A stretch of 64,000 nucleotides of DNA from Nematocida ausubeli (lineage: Eukaryota): assembly GCF_000738915.1 (NCBI RefSeq), contig NW_026515638.1, positions 22,882 through 86,881 of the forward strand, read 5' to 3'. Shown here piece after piece: positions 43,974 through 54,679 of this stretch (the first letter of the stretch is position 1; the number at the start of each line of letters is the position of its first letter). Made by a program: the position numbers and the translations under genes. The notes beneath the pieces were generated by a model. That model had not been told where the DNA came from. It searched no databases and saw only the letters and a list, made by a program, of their open reading frames with translations.

Positions 43974-44024
43974 AATAAAATAATTACAATTATATTAGTA
44001 GTTATATTAGTGTATATTAGTATA

Positions 44025-44375
44025 TATTAGTCTATGCTACAACAGGATATTGTCTTGCTAATAGAATACTTTAGTGTATTTTACTAGTAGGTTAGTCTAT
44101 GTTACAACGGGGTATTGCTCTACTAGTATATTTTACTAAAAAATTATTCTATTTCACTAGTAGGTTAGTCTATGCTACAACAGAGTATTGTAGTACTAGT
44201 AAAATTTATTTTATTTTAGTATATTTTAGTCACAAATACAACAGGATATTGCTCTACTAGTATATTTTACTAAAAAAATACTAGTAGCTTACTACTAGCT
44301 TAGTCTATACTACTATAAATTACTAGAAATTAATAAAAATTAGTCACAAATACAACAGGACATTGCTCTACTAGT
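44025..44375. repeat. degenerate repeat TACAACAGGATATTGCTCTACTAG
   Basis: About 5 copies interspersed with ACTAGT-rich sequence. Confidence 0.8.
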
Positions 44376-44616
44376 AAAGCTCGCTATAAATTACTATAAA
44401 TTACTACTAAAACACACTAGAAGCTAATAAATATACAATACACTTGGGATAATATACTCATTCTATTCATGCACTCTGACTAATATACTGATGTAATATG
44501 TGTATTTGATTGATATATGTGATTATTTGGGATTATTTTATTGATATATGGATAATTGTTCCGTTATTATTTTAATTAATTGTCGGTTAAAAAAGAAATC
44601 TTTTTTCAGTTTTTAT

Positions 44617-47364
44617 ATGATCAGCAGAATACTTCTGAAAATAATGATGGTGCAAAGTGTGCTCACTAAAATATCAGTAGATGATATAAAGGAGGTTCAT
44701 GGGACATTTATTGGTGAGAAACAAGATATGATTATTAACCCAGAAGGACCTCTTAATTTGCTCTGTGGATATATTGGTCATAGAAATGGATATATGCATA
44801 ATAAACGGTTTTACTCCCCGGAAATAGAGACAAACTATGCACTCTCCAAGAAAAGACTATCAAGCAGAAATAAGCAAGAGTACAACTTTACAAGAACACC
44901 CGTGAATGACAAAGTATATGAAGACTTAGACACAAAGACCCCAGAAGACAAGTATCTTAGTACTTACCACATGCAGTTAATAAAGATGTTTCCTTCTGTG
45001 AATGGAGACCTTTCCATTGAGGCAGGCAGAGCAGATACACTTACGAACTTCTTAAGGGCAGAACACGTTAAGAATCACACAAAATACATTCTTGCTTCAC
45101 TTCTTCTTCTCTCAGAAGGCGTTGACATTAAAATAAATATAGACAATACAGGAGAGAAAAAGAAGCTAGTGATAAAAAGTAAAACAGACAAGGAGAAAGT
45201 GTTTGTGGATGTAGAGATGTATGCTGCAGGTATAGATCCATTTACTAATCAGCACAGTGATAAAATAACCCAAAAAGAAGCATCTGAAATTGTCAACTTC
45301 TACATACGCTGCAGAGACAAACAATTTCTAAAGAAAGAAGGCAAATTTGCAATGCCAGCCACAAGAGAAGACTTTGAGAGTGGATCATTTCTTAATAATG
45401 CAGCCTTCCTTATACAGACGTATATATACGAGTTCATTGACACAGCACAAGGATACAAAGAATTTGTAGAAGCAGTGTATGAATTACTGGTTGATCAGAT
45501 GACTAAAGAAAACAGTTTGAGTGGAAAGAAGAAAGATAAAAAGAACAGAATATTCAGTAAATTATTCTTAAGCAAGGACACACTTAGTGAGAATATAAAG
45601 TACATTAGATCTCTCTGTAATCTTGTCCAAGCCAAAAATGAAAATGCTAAATTTCCATTTTATAATTCTAGTCAACTGCCGCAGTACACTAGAGTGCCAC
45701 AATTCAAAATTGACAGAACTGGATTTGAATCTAGCAAAACCATGTACTACAGTAATTGTGTAGAGACAGCCCTTCTTGGTCTATTTTGCTGCCTGGCATA
45801 CAACCCAAAGACAAAAAAGTACGAAACTAGTCACATGGGTGCAGGAATAAGTGATGAGCTGAAAGAGTTCTTTAAAGAATATTCTAGACCCACAGAGACC
45901 ACAGACTTTGAAATGCACAAGAAATGGAGCAAGGTTGTTGCTTGCTTAAAGAATGACAAGATTAACTACAAGCAGACTAAAAATGAACTTATATCTGGGG
46001 TTGCAAATATATTCTTGGCAGTTGCAGAGATAACAGGAGAGAAGAAAGAAATACTAAAATTAGTCAAATACATTGAAGAAGTCTGCAAGAAAGAAGACTT
46101 AAATGAGACTCAGACAGAAAGAATCACAAATATGATGGAATCTATCATTAAAACACTCTCTTATAATAAAGACGTGGAAGTAGAGTGTGCTAGCATGGAA
46201 ATTGGTGAAAGATCAAATGGTAACGTGGATATTTTCACTGAAATCAGTATTAAATATACATTTGATGGGGTAGAGAATGGAATTAGTTTGGATGTGGAAG
46301 AAGGTCATACAGGCCTAACACTCCTTGCTTTGTCACCATGTGAATCTGTGCAAATCCAAGAGAATTACCAAGAAATAAGAAATATTTATAAATCCATGGA
46401 CAGTTACACAGGATATATTGTCACACAGTACGTGACTGCAGAATTGAACAATTTTAAAAAAAACTGCTTCACTCACTTAAATGATTTTAAAGAGAAGATA
46501 GACACAATTTTAAATGAAAAAACAAAAAATATCTGTAAAATGTTCTTAATTGGGAAACTCATCGATACAGATAGAAAGATGGCTATTATTGATGCATTTA
46601 TGATCTACACAATAGAAGAGTATTTGGCACCAAATGATCCTCTTACTCGCTTCACTTCAAATATCCTGGGAAGTCTTACATTAAATGATTCTATTACATG
46701 GTGCCAGGTGATAAAGATGCTGCCCTTCCATGGAAACTGGCAGAAATACTTCCCTAAGCTTGGATTTAAGCCAGGTGAGCATCTTTCTGAAGTTGAAATA
46801 TTCCAGCTTGATTTATCTTATGTCTACCAGAGTATAGTAATACATTATCCAGTGTCTTTTTCAGTTAAAACCTTGTGCAACTATCTAAAAATAGATATGG
46901 TTAATAGAAATCTGCACTATTCCTTGTTGTACTCATCAGCAAACAGAGAACTCTTTAATACTATACAGAATGAAGGAAGTATCAGGGACTTATTGGAAAT
47001 TAGGTCTGTAATTGAAGAAACCAAGAAGACAGATGACTTAGGATGGACTAACTTCGTGTATATCTCTTGGTTTATCCATGCATGCACTAATTTGCGCCCT
47101 ACGTCTTCAGAATTCCTTAAGTTAACGTACAACTTTATATGCAAGGATGACTTACAAAGCACAGACCGGTTCAAGGACGGTTTATTCGATTCGCACATAA
47201 AAAAGACCTTTTATACTTTGAAAGAGAAGAAATCTCTTTTATGCTCTGAGGATGACATTATAAGTGTAATTGCCTATAGTAGGCTACTAAATTACTTTGA
47301 ATCATCTATTTCACCAGAATATTTAAATAATCCCATTCAAGTCAGATGGAGATACATAATATAA
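44617..47364 (+). CDS. Large gene family protein (NemLGF-like)
   Basis: MISRILLKIMMVQSVLT leader; INPEGPLNLLCG, NKRFYSPEI, YSNCVETALLGLFCCLAYNP, RFTSNILGS. Confidence 0.9.
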   Translation: MISRILLKIMMVQSVLTKISVDDIKEVHGTFIGEKQDMIINPEGPLNLLCGYIGHRNGYMHNKRFYSPEIETNYALSKKRLSSRNKQEYNFTRTPVNDKVYEDLDTKTPEDKYLSTYHMQLIKMFPSVNGDLSIEAGRADTLTNFLRAEHVKNHTKYILASLLLLSEGVDIKINIDNTGEKKKLVIKSKTDKEKVFVDVEMYAAGIDPFTNQHSDKITQKEASEIVNFYIRCRDKQFLKKEGKFAMPATREDFESGSFLNNAAFLIQTYIYEFIDTAQGYKEFVEAVYELLVDQMTKENSLSGKKKDKKNRIFSKLFLSKDTLSENIKYIRSLCNLVQAKNENAKFPFYNSSQLPQYTRVPQFKIDRTGFESSKTMYYSNCVETALLGLFCCLAYNPKTKKYETSHMGAGISDELKEFFKEYSRPTETTDFEMHKKWSKVVACLKNDKINYKQTKNELISGVANIFLAVAEITGEKKEILKLVKYIEEVCKKEDLNETQTERITNMMESIIKTLSYNKDVEVECASMEIGERSNGNVDIFTEISIKYTFDGVENGISLDVEEGHTGLTLLALSPCESVQIQENYQEIRNIYKSMDSYTGYIVTQYVTAELNNFKKNCFTHLNDFKEKIDTILNEKTKNICKMFLIGKLIDTDRKMAIIDAFMIYTIEEYLAPNDPLTRFTSNILGSLTLNDSITWCQVIKMLPFHGNWQKYFPKLGFKPGEHLSEVEIFQLDLSYVYQSIVIHYPVSFSVKTLCNYLKIDMVNRNLHYSLLYSSANRELFNTIQNEGSIRDLLEIRSVIEETKKTDDLGWTNFVYISWFIHACTNLRPTSSEFLKLTYNFICKDDLQSTDRFKDGLFDSHIKKTFYTLKEKKSLLCSEDDIISVIAYSRLLNYFESSISPEYLNNPIQVRWRYII

Positions 47365-48069
47365 CCGAAATTTAGAATAAATTAGTCAGTGACAGAATAA
47401 TCTCATGCTTTCTATTAATGAATATAACCCGAATAGAACCCGAATAGAACCCGAATATAAGACAGTACTAACCCAGATATAACCCGAATATGAGACAATA
47501 TTCAGACAATATTGAGCACACGTGAGAAATAAAGAGTTTTAGTCTTTCTGCAGGATGGGAATTTTCATTCAATTTAAACCCAGATATATGTACTTTTATA
47601 ACAGAAATAACACAAAAACCCTTCTAGTGAGTGCTTTAGTGAAAGTGTTAAATTCAATTATTTCTGGCTACTGCATAAATATATTTAAGCAGAGTGAAAA
47701 CCTCTATGGTAAATTTATTTCAAGTAAAGAACTAAAATACAACTATAATTTATAGAAGATAATTTAGTCTATATCTTATGGAATATATCTCTTTTATTTT
47801 GTAAGCATAAATGCCTTCTTTATTCATAGATTAATCACCTGCTTATTCATGTCTCTTGAAGAATTATTTCTTTGGAATTTTATAAGATAGGAAATATCTT
47901 GCAACAGAATAAACTGCACTACACACAAGCCTAATATAACCTGAGTTAGGAAATAGTATACTCCCAGGCTGTATTATTTAATTATTCTGTATCTTAAGTT
48001 TCTTAAGTCTCTGTGAATTTACTTCACACGAATTTGTTGTAAATATCCTGTGCATACTCTATTCCTATG

Positions 48070-48654
48070 CTATTCCTGCATGCTCTTTATTTTGTGGCAT
48101 ATTGCAAAGGCTTCTTTACTTTTTATTCTGCTACTTTTTGGTTTTACAATTATCACGTCCATAAAGTATTCTTTAAGGTCTTCCATCAGAATATTCGGAG
48201 AGTCACCAGTGAAGACTTTTGTGATGAAACACCCAGCAGGAGAAAGAAGCTGGCTTGACAGACGGCAGGATGCCTGTATCAAGGAGGAATGGAAGTACTC
48301 ATCTAAGTCATGCAGGCCTGTGACTTCTGGGGCACCGTCGCATAAGATTAAGTCTACCTTCTGCTTAAAAGCATCTTTTATCTGGGAAATAGTAGAATCT
48401 GCTGTTATGTCGCCCTTCAGGATAATTGCATCTGAGATGGGCTCAATATCCTGCAAGTCCACAGAGAGCAATTTCGCGTCTGGCAGTCTTTCCTTGATGA
48501 CTTGGCTCCAGCTCCCAGGCGCAGCACATAAGTCAATTACTGTGGAGACACCCACTAAGACATTATATTCCTCAATTATTTCCAGTAATTTATATGCACT
48601 TCTTGCCCTGTACCCTTCACTCTTTGCTTTTCTGTAATGAATATCCCTCTGCAT
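48070..48654 (-). CDS. TRM7: FtsJ/Trm7-like tRNA 2'-O-methyltransferase
   Basis: RDIHYRKAKSEGYRARSAYKL, DLCAAPGSWSQV, CDGAPEVTGLHDLDEY, KPKSSRxxSxEAF. Confidence 0.85.
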   Translation of the reverse strand: MQRDIHYRKAKSEGYRARSAYKLLEIIEEYNVLVGVSTVIDLCAAPGSWSQVIKERLPDAKLLSVDLQDIEPISDAIILKGDITADSTISQIKDAFKQKVDLILCDGAPEVTGLHDLDEYFHSSLIQASCRLSSQLLSPAGCFITKVFTGDSPNILMEDLKEYFMDVIIVKPKSSRIKSKEAFAICHKIKSMQE

Positions 48655-48681
48655 AAAATTAATTAGCAAAACAGCAGAAAA

Positions 48682-48747
48682 ATTGAAGGAAAATAACGGA
48701 CACATTGAAGGAAAATAACGGACACATTGAAGGAAAATAACGGACAC
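48682..48747. repeat. perfect 22-bp x3 tandem repeat (ATTGAAGGAAAATAACGGACAC)
   Basis: Read directly from the sequence; 28 bp upstream of the TRM7 ATG. Confidence 0.95.
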
Positions 48748-49022
48748 CAGGAGATGTCATAGATGCAGAGTATGCAGCAGACATGAAAATACTCCATGAT
48801 AAATATCTCCTAATAAAACCTCAATTTACACGGACCAAGACTAAGTGCAAATATATTCACAGTCTGTCTGTCTCTGTGACTCCAAAGAAGAAGGGTGCAT
48901 TTGGGAATAATTTAAGCCAGAGGTGGCCAGTGCAGTCTATGGAACTATTATCATATGGTTTTTATTCTTTTGATATTCTTATGAATACCTCCATCTAAAT
49001 ACGATTAGTTTAAATATTCGGA

Positions 49023-49487
49023 TTACTCAGTCTTTTCTTCCTTCTCTTCCTTCTCCTTGTCCTCCTCAATGGCAGCTGCCTTGACCAAATCAAGAATCTC
49101 CTCAAGGGCCTTCTTGTCTCCTTCCTTTACCTTCTCAACTAGTCCTTCTATGTTCACCCCCTTTGTAGCAAGGTACTTTATGATTGAGTCTAGGTCAAAG
49201 TTCTTGTTGTTTTCCCCAAGTAATTCACCCTTTCCTTTGACAATGTACCCAATTATTACGTTGTCCTTGGTGACTGCCTTTACTTCTGGCTCTTGGTAGC
49301 TTATAACGGAATCTGTGTCTGCCATGAAACTGCAGCAGTTTACATCCTTGACTTCACTGCATTTATATCCATTTGCAGAGAGGGCTGTTAAAAATCCTTT
49401 ATCATTATCTGCATCTACCTGCTTCTTGGTTGGTGCCCTTCTTGGTGCCTTCTTTCCACCTACTCTCACTGCTCGGTTCATCATCAT
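49023..49487 (-). CDS. EGD1: nascent polypeptide-associated complex beta (BTF3/Egd1)-like
   Basis: VRVGGKKAPRR...DNDKGFLTAL resembles BTF3 VRIGGKGTARRK...DDKKLQ; NAC-like beta region follows. Confidence 0.65.
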   Translation of the reverse strand: MMMNRAVRVGGKKAPRRAPTKKQVDADNDKGFLTALSANGYKCSEVKDVNCCSFMADTDSVISYQEPEVKAVTKDNVIIGYIVKGKGELLGENNKNFDLDSIIKYLATKGVNIEGLVEKVKEGDKKALEEILDLVKAAAIEEDKEKEEKEEKTE

Positions 49488-49561
49488 GGCCTAAAAAAAA
49501 GTAAATGCTTTATTTTTTCGCAGGGGACGCGGGGAAGGACTGAAACCCCCTGAATTTTAGT

Positions 49562-49633
49562 GGTGGCTTGGTCTAGTGGTATGATTTGTGCTTCGGGTGC
49601 ACGAGGTGCCGGGTTCGATTCCCGGAGCCACCC
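49562..49633 (+). tRNA. tRNA-Pro (anticodon CGG)
   Basis: Acceptor stem GGTGGCT/AGCCACC, D arm GTCTAGTGGTATGA, anticodon arm TGTGC-TTCGGGT-GCACG, T arm CCGGG-TTCGATT-CCCGG. Confidence 0.95.
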
Positions 49634-49836
49634 TTCTTTATGCTCCTTCTAGACCCTTCTTATACTCTATTATAATTCTCTTTACTTCTTCTTTAATTTC
49701 CTTCTTTTCTGGCTCTTCTTATTCCTTAGTGGCTGCTTAGTTTATGGAAATCCTTCACTCTCCATGCAGTGAAATAATGAAAATAATGAGAAAAATATTC
49801 TATCCTGCAGGGTACGACTAAAGTGCATAGGAAGTG

Positions 49837-50019
49837 ATATTTCAGGCAGAAGATAGTAGTTTATAGCCAGATAGTAAATAAGAGTGCTTATCAAAAGGAG
49901 TTTATTATTATATTTTTGAAGATATCTTAGTCTTCTAGTATACGAAGAATATTCGGATTATATCACTGATGGACTCTTGTGGTCTCAGAATAACCATGAG
50001 AGATTCTACTGCCGCCATA
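49837..50019 (-). mobile_element. eroded, internally deleted copy of the LTR-like element
   Basis: AGATAGTAGT, GGAGTTTATTATT, TATACGAAGAAT..TTCGGA and TATCACTGATGGACT..TGGTCTCAGAAT are colinear with copy 1 (TATACGAGGAAT..TCCGGA, TATCATTGATGCACTTTGGTCACTGAAT). Confidence 0.5.
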
Positions 50020-51466
50020 ATATGATGGATATTCTAGTGATTATATTCTGTATTCTGGATGTATTCTGGATATATTCTGGATATTCTGCTAGACTAAACT
50101 CTTTGGGAATAAGCATATATATACTTCTGCTTTTTGTGAAATATACTTATTAGTCTGTTAGCTTGCTTATTATGTGCTTATTTTTATTCGTGTTATATTC
50201 GGGTTCTAGTACAGTAGATAGTCTAAATTTTGGGTTATTCAAATTATTTATTAGAGAATTAGTCTGCTTCTGTGGGATGGGCTGGATTTAAGTATACAGT
50301 CACTTTTAATTCTCTCTAGGAAGGATGTGCTTAGATATTAACAGATATTCCTTTGTGCTTTCTAGTAATTTTCTTTAAATTCTGGAAGACCTGTGTGAAT
50401 ATTCAGTCATTTAATAGAAGAGAAATAGGCATATTCTTAAGTTAGCAGCTGAATATATCCTAATATAACCCGAATATGCTAGATATAATTTGTACTTTTT
50501 TCTTCTTATTTTGATTTTCTATTTGTATTACAGTATATAGATTTGTTTTTGTTTGTTCCTTTGCCTGATGAACTAGTTTAATTTTTGAACAGATTTAAGC
50601 ACTTTGTAAATAAACAGCAGAATAATCACGTGTTTATTTATGGGTTTGCAAGTGTATTCTACTATACAAATAAAGCATAATAATTAGTGCGCATAAACAG
50701 GGAAATATTCCAGATATTTAGTAGTGTAGAATAAAGAGTGTGCTTTTAAGGATTCTGGTTATATTTTGGATATGCATGGGTGCACTGTGAATTGTATCCT
50801 TTTTTCTTAAGCTTTTATTTTCTTCTTTAATACTTTCTCTTGAAATTATAAAGGCCTTTTAAATTATATATTCCAAAGTGCTTCCTTATATGGGTGATCC
50901 TGTAGATTTAGGTTTAAGAAGTAAGAATATTACCAGACTCTATAATATTCCTGTCTTTCCTGTCTTTCTTGTGTCTATATTCTCATGCCAAATAATTTTA
51001 TGAGAATTCGGGTTATAAGCAAACCACACTCCCAAATAGCAGCACTTAAAGCACATGAAATATAACCAAAAATAACCAAACTGTGTTAAAATATGTTAAT
51101 GCCTTTGTGACTGTTGTAAATCTGCTTATTATACCATTCTGTAGTGCGTAATATGCAGGTGCATTAATGAATAAGTGAATGCTTTGATGTTCTGGCTAGC
51201 ACACAGAAATATACGGACTTTCACAGAATAATTCACACAGTATACTTGCAGTGTGGACTAAAATACTCTCTTTAAGCAGACTTATTTGTTTATTTTTCAC
51301 ACTCTTCTACAGAATTCCCTAGCAGACAGTCTTTCTAGTGCTGATGGAATGTGGAAATATAAACAAGAAATATATCAATATATACAAATAAATAAAGAGT
51401 ATTTTATTGCTTATCTGTTATTTCGGTCTATTTAAAGAGAAATTAGTTTAATATTAGGTACTACAA

Positions 51467-54400
51467 ATGAGACTATTCAAGAAAAGATTTACACACCATA
51501 TACTACTCACACTACAGACTATTTGTCTGTTTAAGCCAATTACACCAAGATGTCTGTCAGTCCCAGATATAGGCGCAGTTCTTACAACGAAGGTTGCTGT
51601 AGACAAAGACCACCGTAAGATAGTAATAAACCCGGATGGGCCACTGAACCCTTTGCGAGGATATATAAGCAAGGAAAGTGGATACACATACAACAAAAGA
51701 CTATTCTCCCCTGAGATAAGTACAGACTACAAAATACAAGAAGTGAAGCAAGATGAAGGGCCGCTCTTATACCATAATGAAAGAAATCCTTTAGGAGACA
51801 GAGCATATCTAGAAACTCTAAAAGGGAATGAGTTATTTATATACCTTGAACGGTATCACAATGTATTAATTAGTCTGTTTTATCCGTATAAGGACTCAGT
51901 CACAGCATACCATAATGAAGTCCCAAGGAATTGCTTTTACAACTTTCTTAAGAGTAACAGCAGAAGTTCTTTAGACCTTCATATTTTGGCGAATTTACTG
52001 CTTATCTCTGAGGGAATGGATTCTTTTATGGAGATAAGAACTAATAATGATTATGAAAAGGAAATTGTAATAGAAATAGAAGATGGAAACTTTCAACACG
52101 TTGACTTGAATCTCAACAAATCTGTTCCCAAAAAAAAGCTATTCAGAAGGGCAAAACCAGTTAAAAAGATTGATAGATATGAAAGCTCCATTAAAATCAT
52201 CGAGTTTTTTATAAATAACAGGGCAAATCCAATCTTTTTATCAGGAGGGAAATATTCTGATCCTAAGACTTTTGAAAGATTCCAACAAGGAAGGTTTCTT
52301 AACACTCCAAAGTGGCTTATTCAAGCATATATATATGAATACATTGATAGCATACAAGCAATGAACAGCTTTATCAAAATTATATACAACAATCTGCAAA
52401 GATATATGAGCATGGAAGATATACCTGATCAAGTAGATACTCCCAATGATTTAACCGTGAATATTCCAGAAATAATCAAACAACAAGCATCTGAGTTCAA
52501 GGTTAAAACTTTCAAGACAGTTTTCAAAAAAGTCCCTAAGGATCTAATGCACTTCTTTAAATATAAAGCTATACCGGTCCAGGTTAAAGTAGAAGAAAAA
52601 AATGTCAAAAAAATAGAGAGGAGAAAATTAAACTCAATTATCCCCCCACAAGACATCTATAACAATTTCTTCTGCATTGATGTAAGTGTTACGAGTATTT
52701 ATAACGAACAAATAGATTTTCTCATGCAAATAGATGATATTCTTACGCAACCAAAACAACTGTGCATTCGAACACTTGGAAAAGCACTAACAGCCACAGA
52801 TACAAAATTAGTAAGATTATTTAGGATAGATTCAGAAGAGACTATTTTAAGCTATATAGACGAAATATTAGTTGACACTCCTAATATTTCACTGGTGACT
52901 CTTTTCAAATTCTGGTTCCATAGTAATGATGCAAAATATCAAACTGACAGATACGCATTAAAAGTAGCTAATCCAGATGTAGGCAACTTTTTTTCTACAT
53001 GTCTGACCTCAGATACACTTCTAGATGGACGCATAGTATCTCGTTGGAATTATATAATCAAAAAGATTACCAATAAGACAAATGTTGAACTATCTGGAGA
53101 ATTTATTGACAATGGCTTCCTGAATATATTTAGGTTTATGGTATATACTATCCACAAAAATTATCAAAAAGAGTTTCTGAATATACTGGATGATCTCGAG
53201 AAAATACTAAATGTGAAATCCACTGATAGTATTAATGAACATGATCGAGAGAAATATATAGATGCCAAAGAATGTTTGAAGTACTTTATTGAATTCTTCT
53301 TTGGATTAATGTTTAATATTAAGAAGGATGAAAAAATGGACGTGTTTGGCCAGCTCAAGAAAAATATAGAGGTGTCTTTCCATCAGCTAAAAATAGAAAG
53401 CTACAATGATAGGATAGAAATATTTGGAGACATAAATGTGTGCTACACATATAACCGCGAGAAAGTTTTATTTAAATTTAAAACAGACCAGAATGCCACA
53501 AGTATGTCCATTCCAACAGCATGCATGGTGATGGCTGAAGAAGAGAAAGATGAGCTAACAAAAATAGAAGATACAGTACTTAAGAGCACTCCCAAAACAT
53601 TCATAGCTTATATGTATCATACACATATCCTTAATATGATCCACAATAGTAAACTACTAATACAGGATAAGATTATATCAGACCACACAATCAGACAACT
53701 GAAAGAAAAAGAGCTAGAACATTTCAACACAATGCATCTTTATGGAAAAATTAATACACTTCGCCATAAAATTAATGCAATAACATGCTTTCTTTCTATT
53801 GCAACAGATATTTCACTTAAAGAACCAAACAAGTTCATTAGAGTATTACGGTATATTAACAATTTAATAGGAAGCATATCGTTTAACAAAAAATCTGTAG
53901 AGGTAAAAAACCTGCTTTTGCCTATCCTGTCACATGTAGGCATTGACCAAAATTACTTTCCTAACTTACCAGAAAGTATGCTTTCAGGCATATATCCTAA
54001 GTGCGAAACTGATATCAACATTGCTTCCCTACTTCTAAAGTATGCTCTAGCTTTAAAAGACCCAAATCGTATTTTCTGCTGGATAAGAATACACTTAGAC
54101 CTAGAAGATTTGCCCAACAAGAATACTATATCTATGATTTTGTCGCAGCTAAACTATTACGAAACTATCGACTTTGTCATGCTGTTAACTAATAATTTTA
54201 CTTCAACTTTCTACCTTGAAGAACTATGCAAGCATATGTGTAAGAACAGACGCAAGGTGCTTAAAAAACCATTTTTCGAATTCCCACGCGAAGTAGAATC
54301 AATTTATTACATGTGTCTTTACATAGCTTGCCAGGAATCTAAACTGACCAATCAGAACATGAAATTCATACATGAAACGATCTGCTTCCTTCACAAATTG

Positions 54401-54679
54401 CCTTTATACTATGCGGTGCTTCCTACCTATATTGTCAAAATGACCCCTTTCGGTATTGAAAATTTCGTGAAGATAATTAATATGCATCTAAATGATGCAT
54501 GCAGACGGCGTGATTCACTTAAGTTCAATCGTATATATTCTATTCTAAGCAAGTTAAACTGTTTTAATACACATAATAAGTTGAAATGCCCTACTTTAGA
54601 ATCACTTATACTTAATAGGGCAAAATTTAGAAAAGCATTTTCAGATCCTGAATGGAAGCCGCCCAGACTAGGCGTCTAG
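51467..54679 (+). CDS. Large gene family protein, divergent member (1070 aa)
   Basis: INPDGPLNPLRG, YNKRLFSPEI, ILANLLLISEG, FLNTPKWLIQAYIYEYID. Confidence 0.9.
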   Translation: MRLFKKRFTHHILLTLQTICLFKPITPRCLSVPDIGAVLTTKVAVDKDHRKIVINPDGPLNPLRGYISKESGYTYNKRLFSPEISTDYKIQEVKQDEGPLLYHNERNPLGDRAYLETLKGNELFIYLERYHNVLISLFYPYKDSVTAYHNEVPRNCFYNFLKSNSRSSLDLHILANLLLISEGMDSFMEIRTNNDYEKEIVIEIEDGNFQHVDLNLNKSVPKKKLFRRAKPVKKIDRYESSIKIIEFFINNRANPIFLSGGKYSDPKTFERFQQGRFLNTPKWLIQAYIYEYIDSIQAMNSFIKIIYNNLQRYMSMEDIPDQVDTPNDLTVNIPEIIKQQASEFKVKTFKTVFKKVPKDLMHFFKYKAIPVQVKVEEKNVKKIERRKLNSIIPPQDIYNNFFCIDVSVTSIYNEQIDFLMQIDDILTQPKQLCIRTLGKALTATDTKLVRLFRIDSEETILSYIDEILVDTPNISLVTLFKFWFHSNDAKYQTDRYALKVANPDVGNFFSTCLTSDTLLDGRIVSRWNYIIKKITNKTNVELSGEFIDNGFLNIFRFMVYTIHKNYQKEFLNILDDLEKILNVKSTDSINEHDREKYIDAKECLKYFIEFFFGLMFNIKKDEKMDVFGQLKKNIEVSFHQLKIESYNDRIEIFGDINVCYTYNREKVLFKFKTDQNATSMSIPTACMVMAEEEKDELTKIEDTVLKSTPKTFIAYMYHTHILNMIHNSKLLIQDKIISDHTIRQLKEKELEHFNTMHLYGKINTLRHKINAITCFLSIATDISLKEPNKFIRVLRYINNLIGSISFNKKSVEVKNLLLPILSHVGIDQNYFPNLPESMLSGIYPKCETDINIASLLLKYALALKDPNRIFCWIRIHLDLEDLPNKNTISMILSQLNYYETIDFVMLLTNNFTSTFYLEELCKHMCKNRRKVLKKPFFEFPREVESIYYMCLYIACQESKLTNQNMKFIHETICFLHKLPLYYAVLPTYIVKMTPFGIENFVKIINMHLNDACRRRDSLKFNRIYSILSKLNCFNTHNKLKCPTLESLILNRAKFRKAFSDPEWKPPRLGV

